Origin: Escherichia phage KEP4
Strand: one strand, 5' to 3'
DNA length: 64,000 nucleotides
Sequence record: PP047754
Shown here: positions 10,731 to 20,846 of the stretch, piece after piece
Layout: every line of letters starts with the position of its first letter
How positions within the stretch are numbered: position 1 is the first letter of the stretch
The notes under the pieces: model-generated
What the model was told of the DNA's origin: nothing
Seen by the model: only the letters and a program-made list of their open reading frames with translations
The model's database searches: none
Position numbers and translations under genes: made by a program

Positions 10731-10765
10731 AATACCCCATATTGGCAAATCCTTTATGGGGTATT
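10731..10765 (+). promoter_or_regulatory. hairpin fused to late-promoter box (CTAAATA 10728-10734); copy of the 8138 element
   Basis: inverted repeat 10731-10741 / 10755-10765; the in-frame ATG at 10756 lies inside the right arm. Confidence 0.65.
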
Positions 10766-10770
10766 TTCAA

Positions 10771-13536
10771 ATGACCAGAAATGTAGAAGAATTATTCGGC
10801 GGCGTAATCACAGCTCCCCACCAGATTCCTTTCACTTATAAATCAAGTGTCGGTGGAGAAACTTTCTTTTCTCTACCTTTCTATCCTGTCACTGGCGTAG
10901 TCACAATTAACGGCGGCATGCAAGTTCCGTTAGACAACTTCGAGATAGACGGGAATACGTTGAATCTCGGGCGCGCATTGTCCAAAGGCGATGTTGTGTA
11001 TTGCTTATTCGATAAAATTCTTTCACCAGAAGACACTGCCAAAGGCATCCGCATATACAAATTTCAAGCCGTGGGTGGAGAAACTGAATTCACGCCTGAC
11101 TTTACTTCTTATGGTGTACAGTCTCTTTATATCGGTGGCGAATACAAAACTCCTGATATAGAATATTCCTATAACAGCACGACAGGGAAAGTGTCTTTGC
11201 AAACTGCATTGACTGCAGGCGTTTGGGTAGTCGCTGAAATGTCTGTTAAACAACCGAATATCAGTCCGGCGTTTGATCGCAGTATTCAAGAAATTGCCCG
11301 TTCTGCTAATGTGAAAGACTCTGAAGTCATCGTTAGTACGGACACCATATCTTTATTGGATGGGAAGAAAGTTGTTTATGACGTAGCGGCGCAAACCAGT
11401 TATGGCTTACCAACCATTCCTGATGGTTCTGTCATTTCTTCTGTTAGTAATGGGCAACTTACTTATAATCCAGGTAATGTTGTAGTGGATTTGTTACCTT
11501 TAGAAGATTCATTTATTAATGTGATAAACACTCTGGGGCGCAATGATGGTGCCAAGTATATCGGAGAATGCCATTCTGTTGCTGATCTCAGGAATACTGA
11601 ACCCACTATGGATGGACAACGCATTATTCTTAAGCAACACACTGCGGGTACTCTTCTTGGTGGAGGGGTATTCCGTGCGTTAATTGATGGTACAGGAAAG
11701 ACTGATGATAACGGCACTGTGATCAAAACTGTTGGCGGCGCAGCCTGGTTACGTGTTAATGCTGATAGAGTTAACCCATTCATGTTTGGTGCTTTGGGCG
11801 GTTCTAATGATGATACTATTCCAGTACAATCTTGTGTGGACAGTGGTAAGGCCACACAATTAACTGGTGTACATTACGTTAGCAATATCCGGTTAAAATA
11901 TAATACGTCGTCTATTTATGGGTCTGGATTACATTACTCCAGGTTGCATCAGTTGCCTTCTGCTACTGGGAATTGTATTACCATAAAAGATACATGCTCC
12001 CTTATTGTATTAGACTCCTTTGGGGTATATGGCACAGGTGCACAACAAGGCACATCATTTACTGCGGGTACAACAGGTATCTATATAGAAACTCCTTCAG
12101 GTCTCTCAGCCGATTATCCGTTCCACACTACCGCAGACCCAAGACGCGACTTGTGTATTTCTAAGGTCCATATAGCAGGTTTTGATGAATATGGGTTAAA
12201 TATTGATAGTGGTAACTTTAGTGTTACTACAGATTCTCTTTTAGTCAACCACATCAATCAGGTGGGCGTCCGTTGTGCTACTACTGATTGGACTTGGACA
12301 AATATTCAGGTTAATACCTGCGGTAAACAATGTCTGGTTCTTGATGGTTGTGGTAATGGTCGTATTATTGGTGGTAAATTCATTTGGGCTAACTGGCAAC
12401 CTTATGGTACAGTAGGACAGTTCCCAGGCATTACTATTAATAATAGCCAGAATATGGTTATTAATGGTATTGAGGTACAAGATTGTGGCGGGAATGGCAT
12501 TGAGATTAGCGATTCATATTCAATTTCCATGAACGGATTGAACACCAATCGTAACGGCATCAACGCTAACAACACTTTCTACAACATCGTATTTAACAAA
12601 AGTGATGCAGTTATCAACGGATTCGTAGGACTCAATTATGCTGCGAATAGTGGTTCAGGTGCTAACTCTAGTGCAGGCAATTTTCAGTTCCTGTCTAATG
12701 ATTGCAGCGTCACCATTAATGGTGTGGTTGAGACTGGTTATATGGGCATTAACTTTATTGGTGATAACAATATTATCAACCCCACAAATTCCGAACTGAG
12801 CATTAACGGATTGGTTAATTATTCCAAGACTGGTTTGCAAACCATGAACGAGACCCCTACATTTGATGGTGTTAGCACTACACCTGTTTATGTAAGTGTC
12901 CCATCTTCTGTAGGGCAAGTAAATGGTCTGAGACTATCACAAGCCAACAAAGATAAATTACTGTACTCAAGAACAGCAGGTCCAGAAGGTATTACCATGG
13001 CTGCTGTTGTAGTACCTACCATATCTGGAGCTGAAGTATTTAACTTCATGGCCATTGGTTCAGGGTTTAGTGATACATCCAACAGTCTTCATCTTCAATT
13101 AGTTATAGACGCTTCTGGAAAACAAACAATTGCTTTGCTATTGGGGGGCGATGGTACAACCCAAATTTTATCTGGGGATTTACCTAACGACCTTAAACTA
13201 CAAAGTGGTGTGCCATATCATATAGCTATTGGTGCTAAACCTGGATATTTCTGGTGGAGTATTCTTAATATTCAGACGGGTAAGAGAATCAGACGGTCAT
13301 TCCGAGGCGCTTATTTAGCTGTACCATTTAATTCTATATTCGGATTAACTTCTTCATTAACATTCTTCTCGGATAGCAATGCTGGTGGGGATGCCTGTTC
13401 TGGTGTAGGTGCTAAAGTGTATGTTGGTATGTTCTCTTCTGAGAATGATTATGTAGCTTCACGGTACTACAACCTGATTAATCCTGTAGACCCTAATAAG
13501 TTAATTAGTTACCGTATATTGGATTCTTCTATTTAA
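10771..13536 (+). CDS. tailspike protein (921 aa) with N-terminal attachment domains and beta-helix
   Basis: start set to ATG 10771 (hairpin-spacer-ATG as at 4951 and 8175) rather than track ATG 10756; repeats GNGRIIGG, NGIEVQDCGGNGIEISD. Confidence 0.7.
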   Translation: MTRNVEELFGGVITAPHQIPFTYKSSVGGETFFSLPFYPVTGVVTINGGMQVPLDNFEIDGNTLNLGRALSKGDVVYCLFDKILSPEDTAKGIRIYKFQAVGGETEFTPDFTSYGVQSLYIGGEYKTPDIEYSYNSTTGKVSLQTALTAGVWVVAEMSVKQPNISPAFDRSIQEIARSANVKDSEVIVSTDTISLLDGKKVVYDVAAQTSYGLPTIPDGSVISSVSNGQLTYNPGNVVVDLLPLEDSFINVINTLGRNDGAKYIGECHSVADLRNTEPTMDGQRIILKQHTAGTLLGGGVFRALIDGTGKTDDNGTVIKTVGGAAWLRVNADRVNPFMFGALGGSNDDTIPVQSCVDSGKATQLTGVHYVSNIRLKYNTSSIYGSGLHYSRLHQLPSATGNCITIKDTCSLIVLDSFGVYGTGAQQGTSFTAGTTGIYIETPSGLSADYPFHTTADPRRDLCISKVHIAGFDEYGLNIDSGNFSVTTDSLLVNHINQVGVRCATTDWTWTNIQVNTCGKQCLVLDGCGNGRIIGGKFIWANWQPYGTVGQFPGITINNSQNMVINGIEVQDCGGNGIEISDSYSISMNGLNTNRNGINANNTFYNIVFNKSDAVINGFVGLNYAANSGSGANSSAGNFQFLSNDCSVTINGVVETGYMGINFIGDNNIINPTNSELSINGLVNYSKTGLQTMNETPTFDGVSTTPVYVSVPSSVGQVNGLRLSQANKDKLLYSRTAGPEGITMAAVVVPTISGAEVFNFMAIGSGFSDTSNSLHLQLVIDASGKQTIALLLGGDGTTQILSGDLPNDLKLQSGVPYHIAIGAKPGYFWWSILNIQTGKRIRRSFRGAYLAVPFNSIFGLTSSLTFFSDSNAGGDACSGVGAKVYVGMFSSENDYVASRYYNLINPVDPNKLISYRILDSSI

Positions 13537-13540
13537 AAAT

Positions 13541-13562
13541 ATACCCCTCTTCGGAGGGTATT
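13541..13562 (+). terminator. terminator-like hairpin (tacccctc-ttcg-gagggta) followed by TTT
   Basis: GC stem with ttcg tetraloop directly after stop 13536; shares the ATACCCC motif with the promoter hairpins. Confidence 0.5.
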
Positions 13563-13590
13563 TACTAGAGAAAAACAGGAGATTCTTATT

Positions 13591-15825
13591 ATGAATCCGC
13601 AATTTGCTCAACCAAAAGGTTCTACTTCAAAAGAATCGAATAAAGATAGCATCGCCCGTAAATTTGGGTGCAAAAAGTCGGAAGTCGTTTATGCGAAATC
13701 AGGACAGTCCTTGTCTGGTTATAAGGTTATTTATGACAAGGAAACACAGAGAGCGTATTCCTTGCCTGTAGATATTCCAGCAGGAACCACGGTTATTAGC
13801 CTTAGCGCCAGTGCTCTGCTTGTACACTCTGGGGGTTCTGTAGACCTGGGCGAACTAGCTTCCCAACGCAATGAATATAATGTATTACCTGGTTCTTTTA
13901 CTACTGGTGCAATAGTATCCACAAAGAATGATGTACTTACCCACAATGGTATCCAGTATCGTTGGAATGGTTCATTACCTAAAGTTGTACCTCAGAACTC
14001 TTTACCATCCAGTGATGATAATTGGATTGGCTTGGGTGCTTCTTATCTGAAGGAACAGCTTAACAGTACCAGTGGTGCATCCATGGTAGTACTGGCTAAT
14101 GGCAAAACCATTGAAGAAGAATTTGCCGAAGAAGCTGCATGGCAGAACCAAGAGAATATGGTGAGAACCGTTATTCCTAATGTTTATCACCATATCCGTG
14201 GCGTTCAGCGTCACTCTGGTAAAAACTTAGCATGGTCTGCTCCAGACGTTGCTATTGATAAACTTAACCCTACGGATACCGTCTTCTACCGTATGCCCCA
14301 GATTGTTAAAACTGGTGATGGTACTCTGATGATTTTCTGTAATGAGTTGCATGGTAACAATACAGATATTGGTGCTACTCCAGATCAGCAATGTAATATC
14401 GTTATGAAATACTCCATTGATAATGGGTGGTCTTGGTCGGCTAAGGTAGTGGTAGCTAACTTTGGGGCTACGTATCAGAACGGTGAGATTGCTGCTGTGT
14501 ATAACCCAGCAGATGGTCGGGTATACTGTTACTTTACTTCCTGCAAAGGCCAGTTGGGTTGGGGATACTCACAGCCAGGCAATGACCCTAATACATCATC
14601 CCAGATATATGTTACCTACTGTGATGCGGAAGCTCCTACTATATGGCGTACACCAGCTAACCTTACTGCTACCCTTAAGCCAGCAACGGCAGATTTTATC
14701 TGGACTTCACCAACTAAACCAGTTGTTTTACCGGATGGTAAGATGGCAATGATTGTGTCTACCGTCACTGGTTCACGGGTTGATTCTTTCCTTACCATCA
14801 TGAAGTATGACATTAAGTACAGCATGGACTACGTACTTAGTTCCGAAGAATCTGGTGGGGAAGTCGGACTGAACCTTTTGCCGGATGGTCGTATGGTGAT
14901 GAACTCTCGTGCTTACCACACCACAGACCTTAAAGGGCTTCAGAAATTCTATATCAGTGATCATCAGTTTAAGAACTGGCAGCACTTATCTGATTTAGTT
15001 ACATCGGATAGTAAGGGTGACCTGGTTCCTATTTTTGATGGGGTTAATGGTGTTCTTACTTGGGCGTTTACTTGTGCTAATGGTGTAGGTGATAATTCTA
15101 TTGGTCGTACTAACTACCGAGTATGGATTAGTCGTGACCTAGTTACTTGGGGGTTAGCTCCTACTGGGGATATCAACACAAGTGATTCTGTTGGGTACAT
15201 CGCATCAATGCCTGGTGGTGATGATGGTTATGTAATCTCTACATCTGAATCAGGTGGTTTTGGTGGTATTTGGTTTACTCAATGGAATGCTAAGTATATC
15301 CAGAACAGAAACTACAACCGCTATCACAAAGAGTTGCGAGAATTAGAGTCAGTAGATGAAACAGCAATGCTCGCATCCGGTGCTATTCCTAACTACTCTT
15401 TTTACGTAAACAAAGACTCCAACCTAATTAACTTCAACCGCAACGGTACTCCAGTTAAGATTCAGCAGTTGGGGGTTAGTCAGAATGCTGTTGATAAGTA
15501 CACTACAACTCAGACCCTAGCATCTATTCCTGTAGATGGTGTTGATATTGTATTAGTCACTGGTTCTGGTACTACTCTTACCCTTAGTGGGTTTAGCGGT
15601 GGATATATGGGCCAGCGTGTGACAGTTATCTCTGATTCATCTGGTGGTGGGGTGGTGCTTAAACGTGCTGATACAACATTGCCTACTGTAACGGACAGAT
15701 TCCACTTTAATGTGGCAGGAGCCTTTACTGCTTTGAGGGTAGACTATGCAACTAAGATGATGGCTACTTTAGTTAAGACTCCATCTGGTTGGTTCACGGA
15801 AAGTATTGCTAACGTAACAATCTAA
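13591..15825 (+). CDS. tailspike protein (744 aa) with sialidase/BNR-like beta-propeller catalytic domain
   Basis: AGGAG SD 9 nt upstream; N-terminal anchor domain paralogous to ORF 8175; FYRMPQIV (RIP-like) motif and Asp-box SIDNGWSW. Confidence 0.65.
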   Translation: MNPQFAQPKGSTSKESNKDSIARKFGCKKSEVVYAKSGQSLSGYKVIYDKETQRAYSLPVDIPAGTTVISLSASALLVHSGGSVDLGELASQRNEYNVLPGSFTTGAIVSTKNDVLTHNGIQYRWNGSLPKVVPQNSLPSSDDNWIGLGASYLKEQLNSTSGASMVVLANGKTIEEEFAEEAAWQNQENMVRTVIPNVYHHIRGVQRHSGKNLAWSAPDVAIDKLNPTDTVFYRMPQIVKTGDGTLMIFCNELHGNNTDIGATPDQQCNIVMKYSIDNGWSWSAKVVVANFGATYQNGEIAAVYNPADGRVYCYFTSCKGQLGWGYSQPGNDPNTSSQIYVTYCDAEAPTIWRTPANLTATLKPATADFIWTSPTKPVVLPDGKMAMIVSTVTGSRVDSFLTIMKYDIKYSMDYVLSSEESGGEVGLNLLPDGRMVMNSRAYHTTDLKGLQKFYISDHQFKNWQHLSDLVTSDSKGDLVPIFDGVNGVLTWAFTCANGVGDNSIGRTNYRVWISRDLVTWGLAPTGDINTSDSVGYIASMPGGDDGYVISTSESGGFGGIWFTQWNAKYIQNRNYNRYHKELRELESVDETAMLASGAIPNYSFYVNKDSNLINFNRNGTPVKIQQLGVSQNAVDKYTTTQTLASIPVDGVDIVLVTGSGTTLTLSGFSGGYMGQRVTVISDSSGGGVVLKRADTTLPTVTDRFHFNVAGAFTALRVDYATKMMATLVKTPSGWFTESIANVTI

Positions 15826-15831
15826 AATACA

Positions 15832-15857
15832 AGCCCCCAATAAGGGGGCTTTCTTTT
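15832..15857 (+). terminator. rho-independent terminator (agccccc-aataa-gggggct + TTCTTTT)
   Basis: 7-bp GC stem plus U-tract after the tailspike block. Confidence 0.75.
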
Positions 15858-15915
15858 GCTATGTCTCGTTAACCTGACAGGAACTGGAAGTTCAAAACTA
15901 TCTATTGGCTGTATA

Positions 15916-15922
15916 CTAAATA
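15916..15922 (+). promoter_or_regulatory. late-promoter-like box CTAAATA (also TATAAAAT at 15926-15933)
   Basis: about 35 nt upstream of ATG 15956. Confidence 0.4.
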
Positions 15923-15955
15923 TCTCTATAAAATGGCACTCGATGGAGCATCAAA

Positions 15956-18900
15956 ATGCAATCTACAAATTTAAACCGTCGCCCGTATTGGGATGACTGG
16001 AATCCTGGGAAACGTTTTTCACGGATTCTTTTTCGTCCGATGCCTATCAAGGTTCAGACTCGCGAACTGAATCAGATGCAGACTATTCTTCAGGATCAAA
16101 TTGAAAAACTGGGCAACCATTTGTTCAAAGATGGTTCTATGGTTATCCCTGGCGGTTTGACGATCACTAACGCCGCAGTCTCTTTGAAATTCACTTTGGC
16201 TGGTGGTACTGAATTCACTGATCTGGAAGGTATTTCTGAACTCTACGTTTTGGGGAAAGACAATAACGCCAAAGCGCGTGTGCTGTCTCTTGAACGTGAT
16301 CTGTCTGCTCCTGATACAATGCTGGCTATCCTTGAGATGACTGAAGCGGGTAATGCTGACGGATTCCATGTTAACGATAATCTGTATTTCCAGACTTACG
16401 ACGTGAATGATAATTTCATTCGTATTGGTTATGGGATCGCGGCTGCTGTGACTGGTTCTATCGTTGCTCGTATGACGAAAGGCGTTTACTTCATTCGTGG
16501 GATGTTCCTAGACGTTGATGACGCGACTCTTATCGTTGATAAAACTTCGAACACGTCTTCCCACCGCGTCGGATTTAAAGTCACTGAAACCATCGTGACT
16601 GAATCTGAAGACGAATCCCTTTATTCAAATGCTCAGGGAACGATTAACTCCAAAGCCCCAGGCGCTCATCGTCTTCGAATAGATCTGGTCTTATCTCGAT
16701 TTGATTATGATGCTGTGGTTGAAGACTTTGTTGAACTGGCCAAAGTTCGTGATGGTAAAATCCAGTCTATGGTGACTCAGTCCACCTATAATATTCTGGA
16801 AGACACGTTGGCCCAACGGACGTATGAAACCAACGGCGATTACAACGTTTCAACGCACCAGATCGACATCCGCGAACACCTGAAAGTCAATAACAATGGT
16901 GGTGTATTCAATGCTGCTGATGGCGGCGACGAAAGTAAATTCGTGTCTGTAATGAAACCAGGTATTTCCTATGTTCGCGGTCGCCGTATCGAAAACGTCG
17001 GGGAAGAGTTGGTGATCGTTGATAAGGCGCGGGATACCGATGTCCTGAACAACACCCCTGTTGCGGTGGCCACAGGCAATTATCTGGTCACTAAGAATTC
17101 TAAAGGTGTGCCAGTGATATCCCGCACCGTTCGATACAAATTACTGAATGCTTCAGGCGTTACCCAGGCTACAGCACTTTGTATATCAGCTGAACGTAAT
17201 TCAACAGAATTTCGTCTGTATATGCGCGACCTGGTCGTTACTGGCGATGCATCCACTATCACCAAAGTGTCTTACGAAGAAAGCGGTATCACCATGTTCT
17301 CTGCTGAACTGGAATCCAATCAGTTTAACCAGAGTTCTATGATAGATCTGATCTTCTCTCTTCCGGTATTCGGTGTCAAGACTTTAGCACCAACTGGCTC
17401 CGTGGATATCAACTACACTGTTCTCAGAACGTATAAAGTGACGTTGGACAACAGCGGCGCGGGTTCTATTTCTGCTCCATTGGGATATAGTTTTTCCCCA
17501 GAATTTTCGTTGTACTCTGCAGCGAAATCTGATGGTTCTGAAGCGCAGTTCGATATCTCTGGTTCTTTGTCTTTGACTGGTTCTCCGGTCGGTTCGGCGT
17601 TGCAGATTTCTCTGGGCAGTGGTAATGCTAACCAGTCAATCAATTTGCTGGCGCTGATGATTCGTACCACGGCCACAATCAAAACGAAGACCATCACTGA
17701 AACAACTGAAACAGTGACGTTCACCTCGCAGACTAGCCACCCTTTGGCGAATCACGATGGTTGGAAATTGGTGTCGGTCAAAAACGATACTGGCGCAGAC
17801 GTGACCTCCAGCTTCGTCCTAGATGGCGGACAGCGTGATGCAGGGTATTACAAGTCTAACTTGTTATCCAGCGCTGGAGCAATCTCAGGGACGTATACAG
17901 TGGTGTATCAATACTTCGCCCACAGTTCCGGTGATTTCTTCTCTGCTGATTCGTATACTTCGATGGATTATAAAGATATCCCGAATTATACATCTTCTAC
18001 ATCAGGCGCGGTGTACGGCCTGGCAGATAGTTTGGATTTCCGTCCGAAAATCACCAACGGAACTTCTGACACAGATATGGTTCGTCCAAACACTGCAGTT
18101 ATTCTGGACACAGAATATTATCTGCCGCGTATTGACGCGATTTATCTGGCAGATAACGGTGTGTTTGGTGTGGCTCGTGGCATCAGTTCGAACAATCTGG
18201 CTTCTCCAGCAATCCCAGCGAACGCCATGCGTTTGTATGAATTGTTGATCCCACCGTATACGCCGAATATTGATGATATCCAAATTCGCACTATTGACAA
18301 TCGTCGTTATACGATGCGCGATATCGGTAAACTGGAAACCCGTATTTCCAATGTTGAATACTATACCTCTCTGTCACAGTTGGAATCTTCAGCGATGACA
18401 CAGCAAGTGTTTGACCCCATCACGGGTAATCCTCGTTTCAAAAATGGTATTGCAGCTGATCCGTTCAAAGACTTCCGGTTGATTGATGACTTGTCTGAAG
18501 ATTGGATGGGTTCTATCGATACCGAAAACGGACGTCTGCGCCCGTTTGTACAACAAAACGTTGTTGACATGACTCCGGTTGGCTGGAACAAAGTGATGGA
18601 TGGGATGGTGGTTTGTAATTACACGCCTGAAATCTCAGTGAACCAAGAATATGCGACGACGACGATCAACGTTAACCCGTATGCAGTATTCAACTGGGAA
18701 GGTTTCTTGAAGATTAACCCGACCACGGACTACTGGTTCGAAAACTATTATGTTGCCCCGCGTATTATTAATGAAACGATCAACACCCGTGGTACTGTAC
18801 AAGAAGGTTCAGTGTACGGAACATGGCGGACTGTTTCTGTTTCTGATCGTGTTTGGGAGCCGCATGGTGCTGGTGGTGTGTGGTGGGGATATCGTTACCG

Positions 18901-20794
18901 CACGACTGTTTCTGCCCGTGATGTGACCACATACACATACACAGACAAAACAACCACGACCATGACTGGTGAACAGATTGTGGAGACGCAAGTTATCCCA
19001 TACATGCGCGAGATCGATATTTCTTTCGACGCATCTGGACTGCGACCTTTCACTCGTATGTATGCGTTCTTCTCTGGTCGTGACGTCAATCTGTATTGCA
19101 AACCGAATGGCGGTAATTTCGGTGACCCAATCACCACTGATGCCAATGGTGCTGTTAAAGGTGTATTCCGCGTTCCACAGAACGATACAATCAAGTTCAA
19201 CACAGGTGACAACGTGTTCCGCTTGACAGATAGCCCTGTTGATAGTAAATCTGCGGATGATACACTGACCAATGCAGAAATTGTTCATAAATCTTTCGGC
19301 AAGAAACAAGGTATTCAAAAGACCTTTGTCAACACTCGTGTCTTGGGTTACACTGCCAGCACTCGCACCGAAACTTCTACTTCTGAAGTTGTGGTCGACC
19401 AATGGCGTGATCCGATTGCCCAATCGTTTATGGTGGCGACTAAGATTGGCGGCGAGTATATCGAAGGCGTGGAAGTATTCTTCTCTACCAAATCTCGCGA
19501 TGTACCGATCACTTTGGAAATTCGCGAGATGGAGAATGGCTTACCTTCTCACACAGTCATTACTCGTAAGACTTTGAACCCATCTGAAGTGACGATCTCT
19601 ACAGACTCTTCCGGCGGTACGAAGTTCACCTTTGATTATCCGGTGTATCTGCAAGCATCGACTGAGTTTGCTATCGTTTTGTTGGCGAATACTCAGGATT
19701 ACAACGCGTATATCGCGGAAATGGGCAAGAAAAACCTTCTGTCCAACGAATATATCGCCAAACAACCGTATACAGGGGTGTTCTTCACTTCTTCAAACGG
19801 TTCAACTTGGTCTCCGAACCAAATGGCTGATATGAAATTCCGCATATATCGTTGCAACTTTGCGGCTGGTCAGAACGTTGTAACATTTGATCCGAAGCTC
19901 GGGCCAAAACAACGTCCTCTGGGTCTGAACACTCTCAACTGTGTGAGCGGGTCTTCTGTTGTGACGGTGTTTGCACCTGGTCATGGTTTGGTTGCTGGGA
20001 ACAATGTTACTCTGTCTGAATTGACAGGTGGTTGTGGGTTCACCCCAGAACAACTCAACAAAACATTTACCGTGACAGACGCAAGCTATACTTCATTCAA
20101 GATTGATGTTGGCGCAGCAGCAGACAGCAACGGTCAGATTGGTGGTGACAACGCATCTTTCTTGGGCAATTATCTGGTTGATATGTTCTATGCCAGTGTC
20201 ACCAATTCAGCTCTGGAAGGTTCAATTCTGAAATTGGAATATCGCTATCGCGATGCTACTTCCAATTCTATGTCTGATTGGGCTGAATTTGAAACTGACA
20301 CTGACGTGGCGTTGCCGACTGAAGGGATCTATCGTCAGGTCGGGGATTTCCAGATCCGAGCCACCATGACGCGCAGTGAAAACAACGTGTACACCGCTCC
20401 AATGATTGATGGTGATGACCTGAGCGTAATCTTCAACTCATACGGCGTGGATCCATTTGAAGATGTCTTCAAATATGTGACAAAAGACATCGGATTTGAT
20501 AACCCATGTTCGACTGTGAAGTTGTTCTTTGGTGCAATGCTCCCATCTCAGTCTTCTATGAAGGTGCAGGTGAAACTTCTTAGAGCAGGTCAGGAGATGG
20601 ATAGTGTGGCTTGGGAAGATGTTACTCCAACGTCGCCTCTGGTCAACGACGGTTCTACATTCTTTGAATATGAATACGACAAGACTGTGGCGAGCAATAA
20701 CCCGTTTGTTGGCCTGAAAGTCCGAGCGCTTGTACGGGGGAACCGCGTTGCTCCTCCATCATTCAAAGACTTCCGTCTTATTGCTCTGGCATAA
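15956..20794 (+). CDS. very large virion structural protein (1612 aa), function unassigned (possibly baseplate/wedge)
   Basis: 4.8-kb uninterrupted ORF with GGAG SD 7 nt upstream; lies between tailspikes and neck genes; no catalytic motif recognised. Confidence 0.6.
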   Translation: MQSTNLNRRPYWDDWNPGKRFSRILFRPMPIKVQTRELNQMQTILQDQIEKLGNHLFKDGSMVIPGGLTITNAAVSLKFTLAGGTEFTDLEGISELYVLGKDNNAKARVLSLERDLSAPDTMLAILEMTEAGNADGFHVNDNLYFQTYDVNDNFIRIGYGIAAAVTGSIVARMTKGVYFIRGMFLDVDDATLIVDKTSNTSSHRVGFKVTETIVTESEDESLYSNAQGTINSKAPGAHRLRIDLVLSRFDYDAVVEDFVELAKVRDGKIQSMVTQSTYNILEDTLAQRTYETNGDYNVSTHQIDIREHLKVNNNGGVFNAADGGDESKFVSVMKPGISYVRGRRIENVGEELVIVDKARDTDVLNNTPVAVATGNYLVTKNSKGVPVISRTVRYKLLNASGVTQATALCISAERNSTEFRLYMRDLVVTGDASTITKVSYEESGITMFSAELESNQFNQSSMIDLIFSLPVFGVKTLAPTGSVDINYTVLRTYKVTLDNSGAGSISAPLGYSFSPEFSLYSAAKSDGSEAQFDISGSLSLTGSPVGSALQISLGSGNANQSINLLALMIRTTATIKTKTITETTETVTFTSQTSHPLANHDGWKLVSVKNDTGADVTSSFVLDGGQRDAGYYKSNLLSSAGAISGTYTVVYQYFAHSSGDFFSADSYTSMDYKDIPNYTSSTSGAVYGLADSLDFRPKITNGTSDTDMVRPNTAVILDTEYYLPRIDAIYLADNGVFGVARGISSNNLASPAIPANAMRLYELLIPPYTPNIDDIQIRTIDNRRYTMRDIGKLETRISNVEYYTSLSQLESSAMTQQVFDPITGNPRFKNGIAADPFKDFRLIDDLSEDWMGSIDTENGRLRPFVQQNVVDMTPVGWNKVMDGMVVCNYTPEISVNQEYATTTINVNPYAVFNWEGFLKINPTTDYWFENYYVAPRIINETINTRGTVQEGSVYGTWRTVSVSDRVWEPHGAGGVWWGYRYRTTVSARDVTTYTYTDKTTTTMTGEQIVETQVIPYMREIDISFDASGLRPFTRMYAFFSGRDVNLYCKPNGGNFGDPITTDANGAVKGVFRVPQNDTIKFNTGDNVFRLTDSPVDSKSADDTLTNAEIVHKSFGKKQGIQKTFVNTRVLGYTASTRTETSTSEVVVDQWRDPIAQSFMVATKIGGEYIEGVEVFFSTKSRDVPITLEIREMENGLPSHTVITRKTLNPSEVTISTDSSGGTKFTFDYPVYLQASTEFAIVLLANTQDYNAYIAEMGKKNLLSNEYIAKQPYTGVFFTSSNGSTWSPNQMADMKFRIYRCNFAAGQNVVTFDPKLGPKQRPLGLNTLNCVSGSSVVTVFAPGHGLVAGNNVTLSELTGGCGFTPEQLNKTFTVTDASYTSFKIDVGAAADSNGQIGGDNASFLGNYLVDMFYASVTNSALEGSILKLEYRYRDATSNSMSDWAEFETDTDVALPTEGIYRQVGDFQIRATMTRSENNVYTAPMIDGDDLSVIFNSYGVDPFEDVFKYVTKDIGFDNPCSTVKLFFGAMLPSQSSMKVQVKLLRAGQEMDSVAWEDVTPTSPLVNDGSTFFEYEYDKTVASNNPFVGLKVRALVRGNRVAPPSFKDFRLIALA

Positions 20795-20846
20795 ATAGTG
20801 TTGAAAGGTGGGCGTAAAGCCCACCAAACCAATAGAGGATAAAGAT

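Noticed and set aside
10756-10770. In-frame ATG at 10756 (track start of the third tailspike ORF)
   Set aside because: It lies inside the right arm of the hairpin. The two sibling genes use an ATG 3-4 nt after the hairpin with the GGGG arm as SD, so ATG 10771 is the consistent start.
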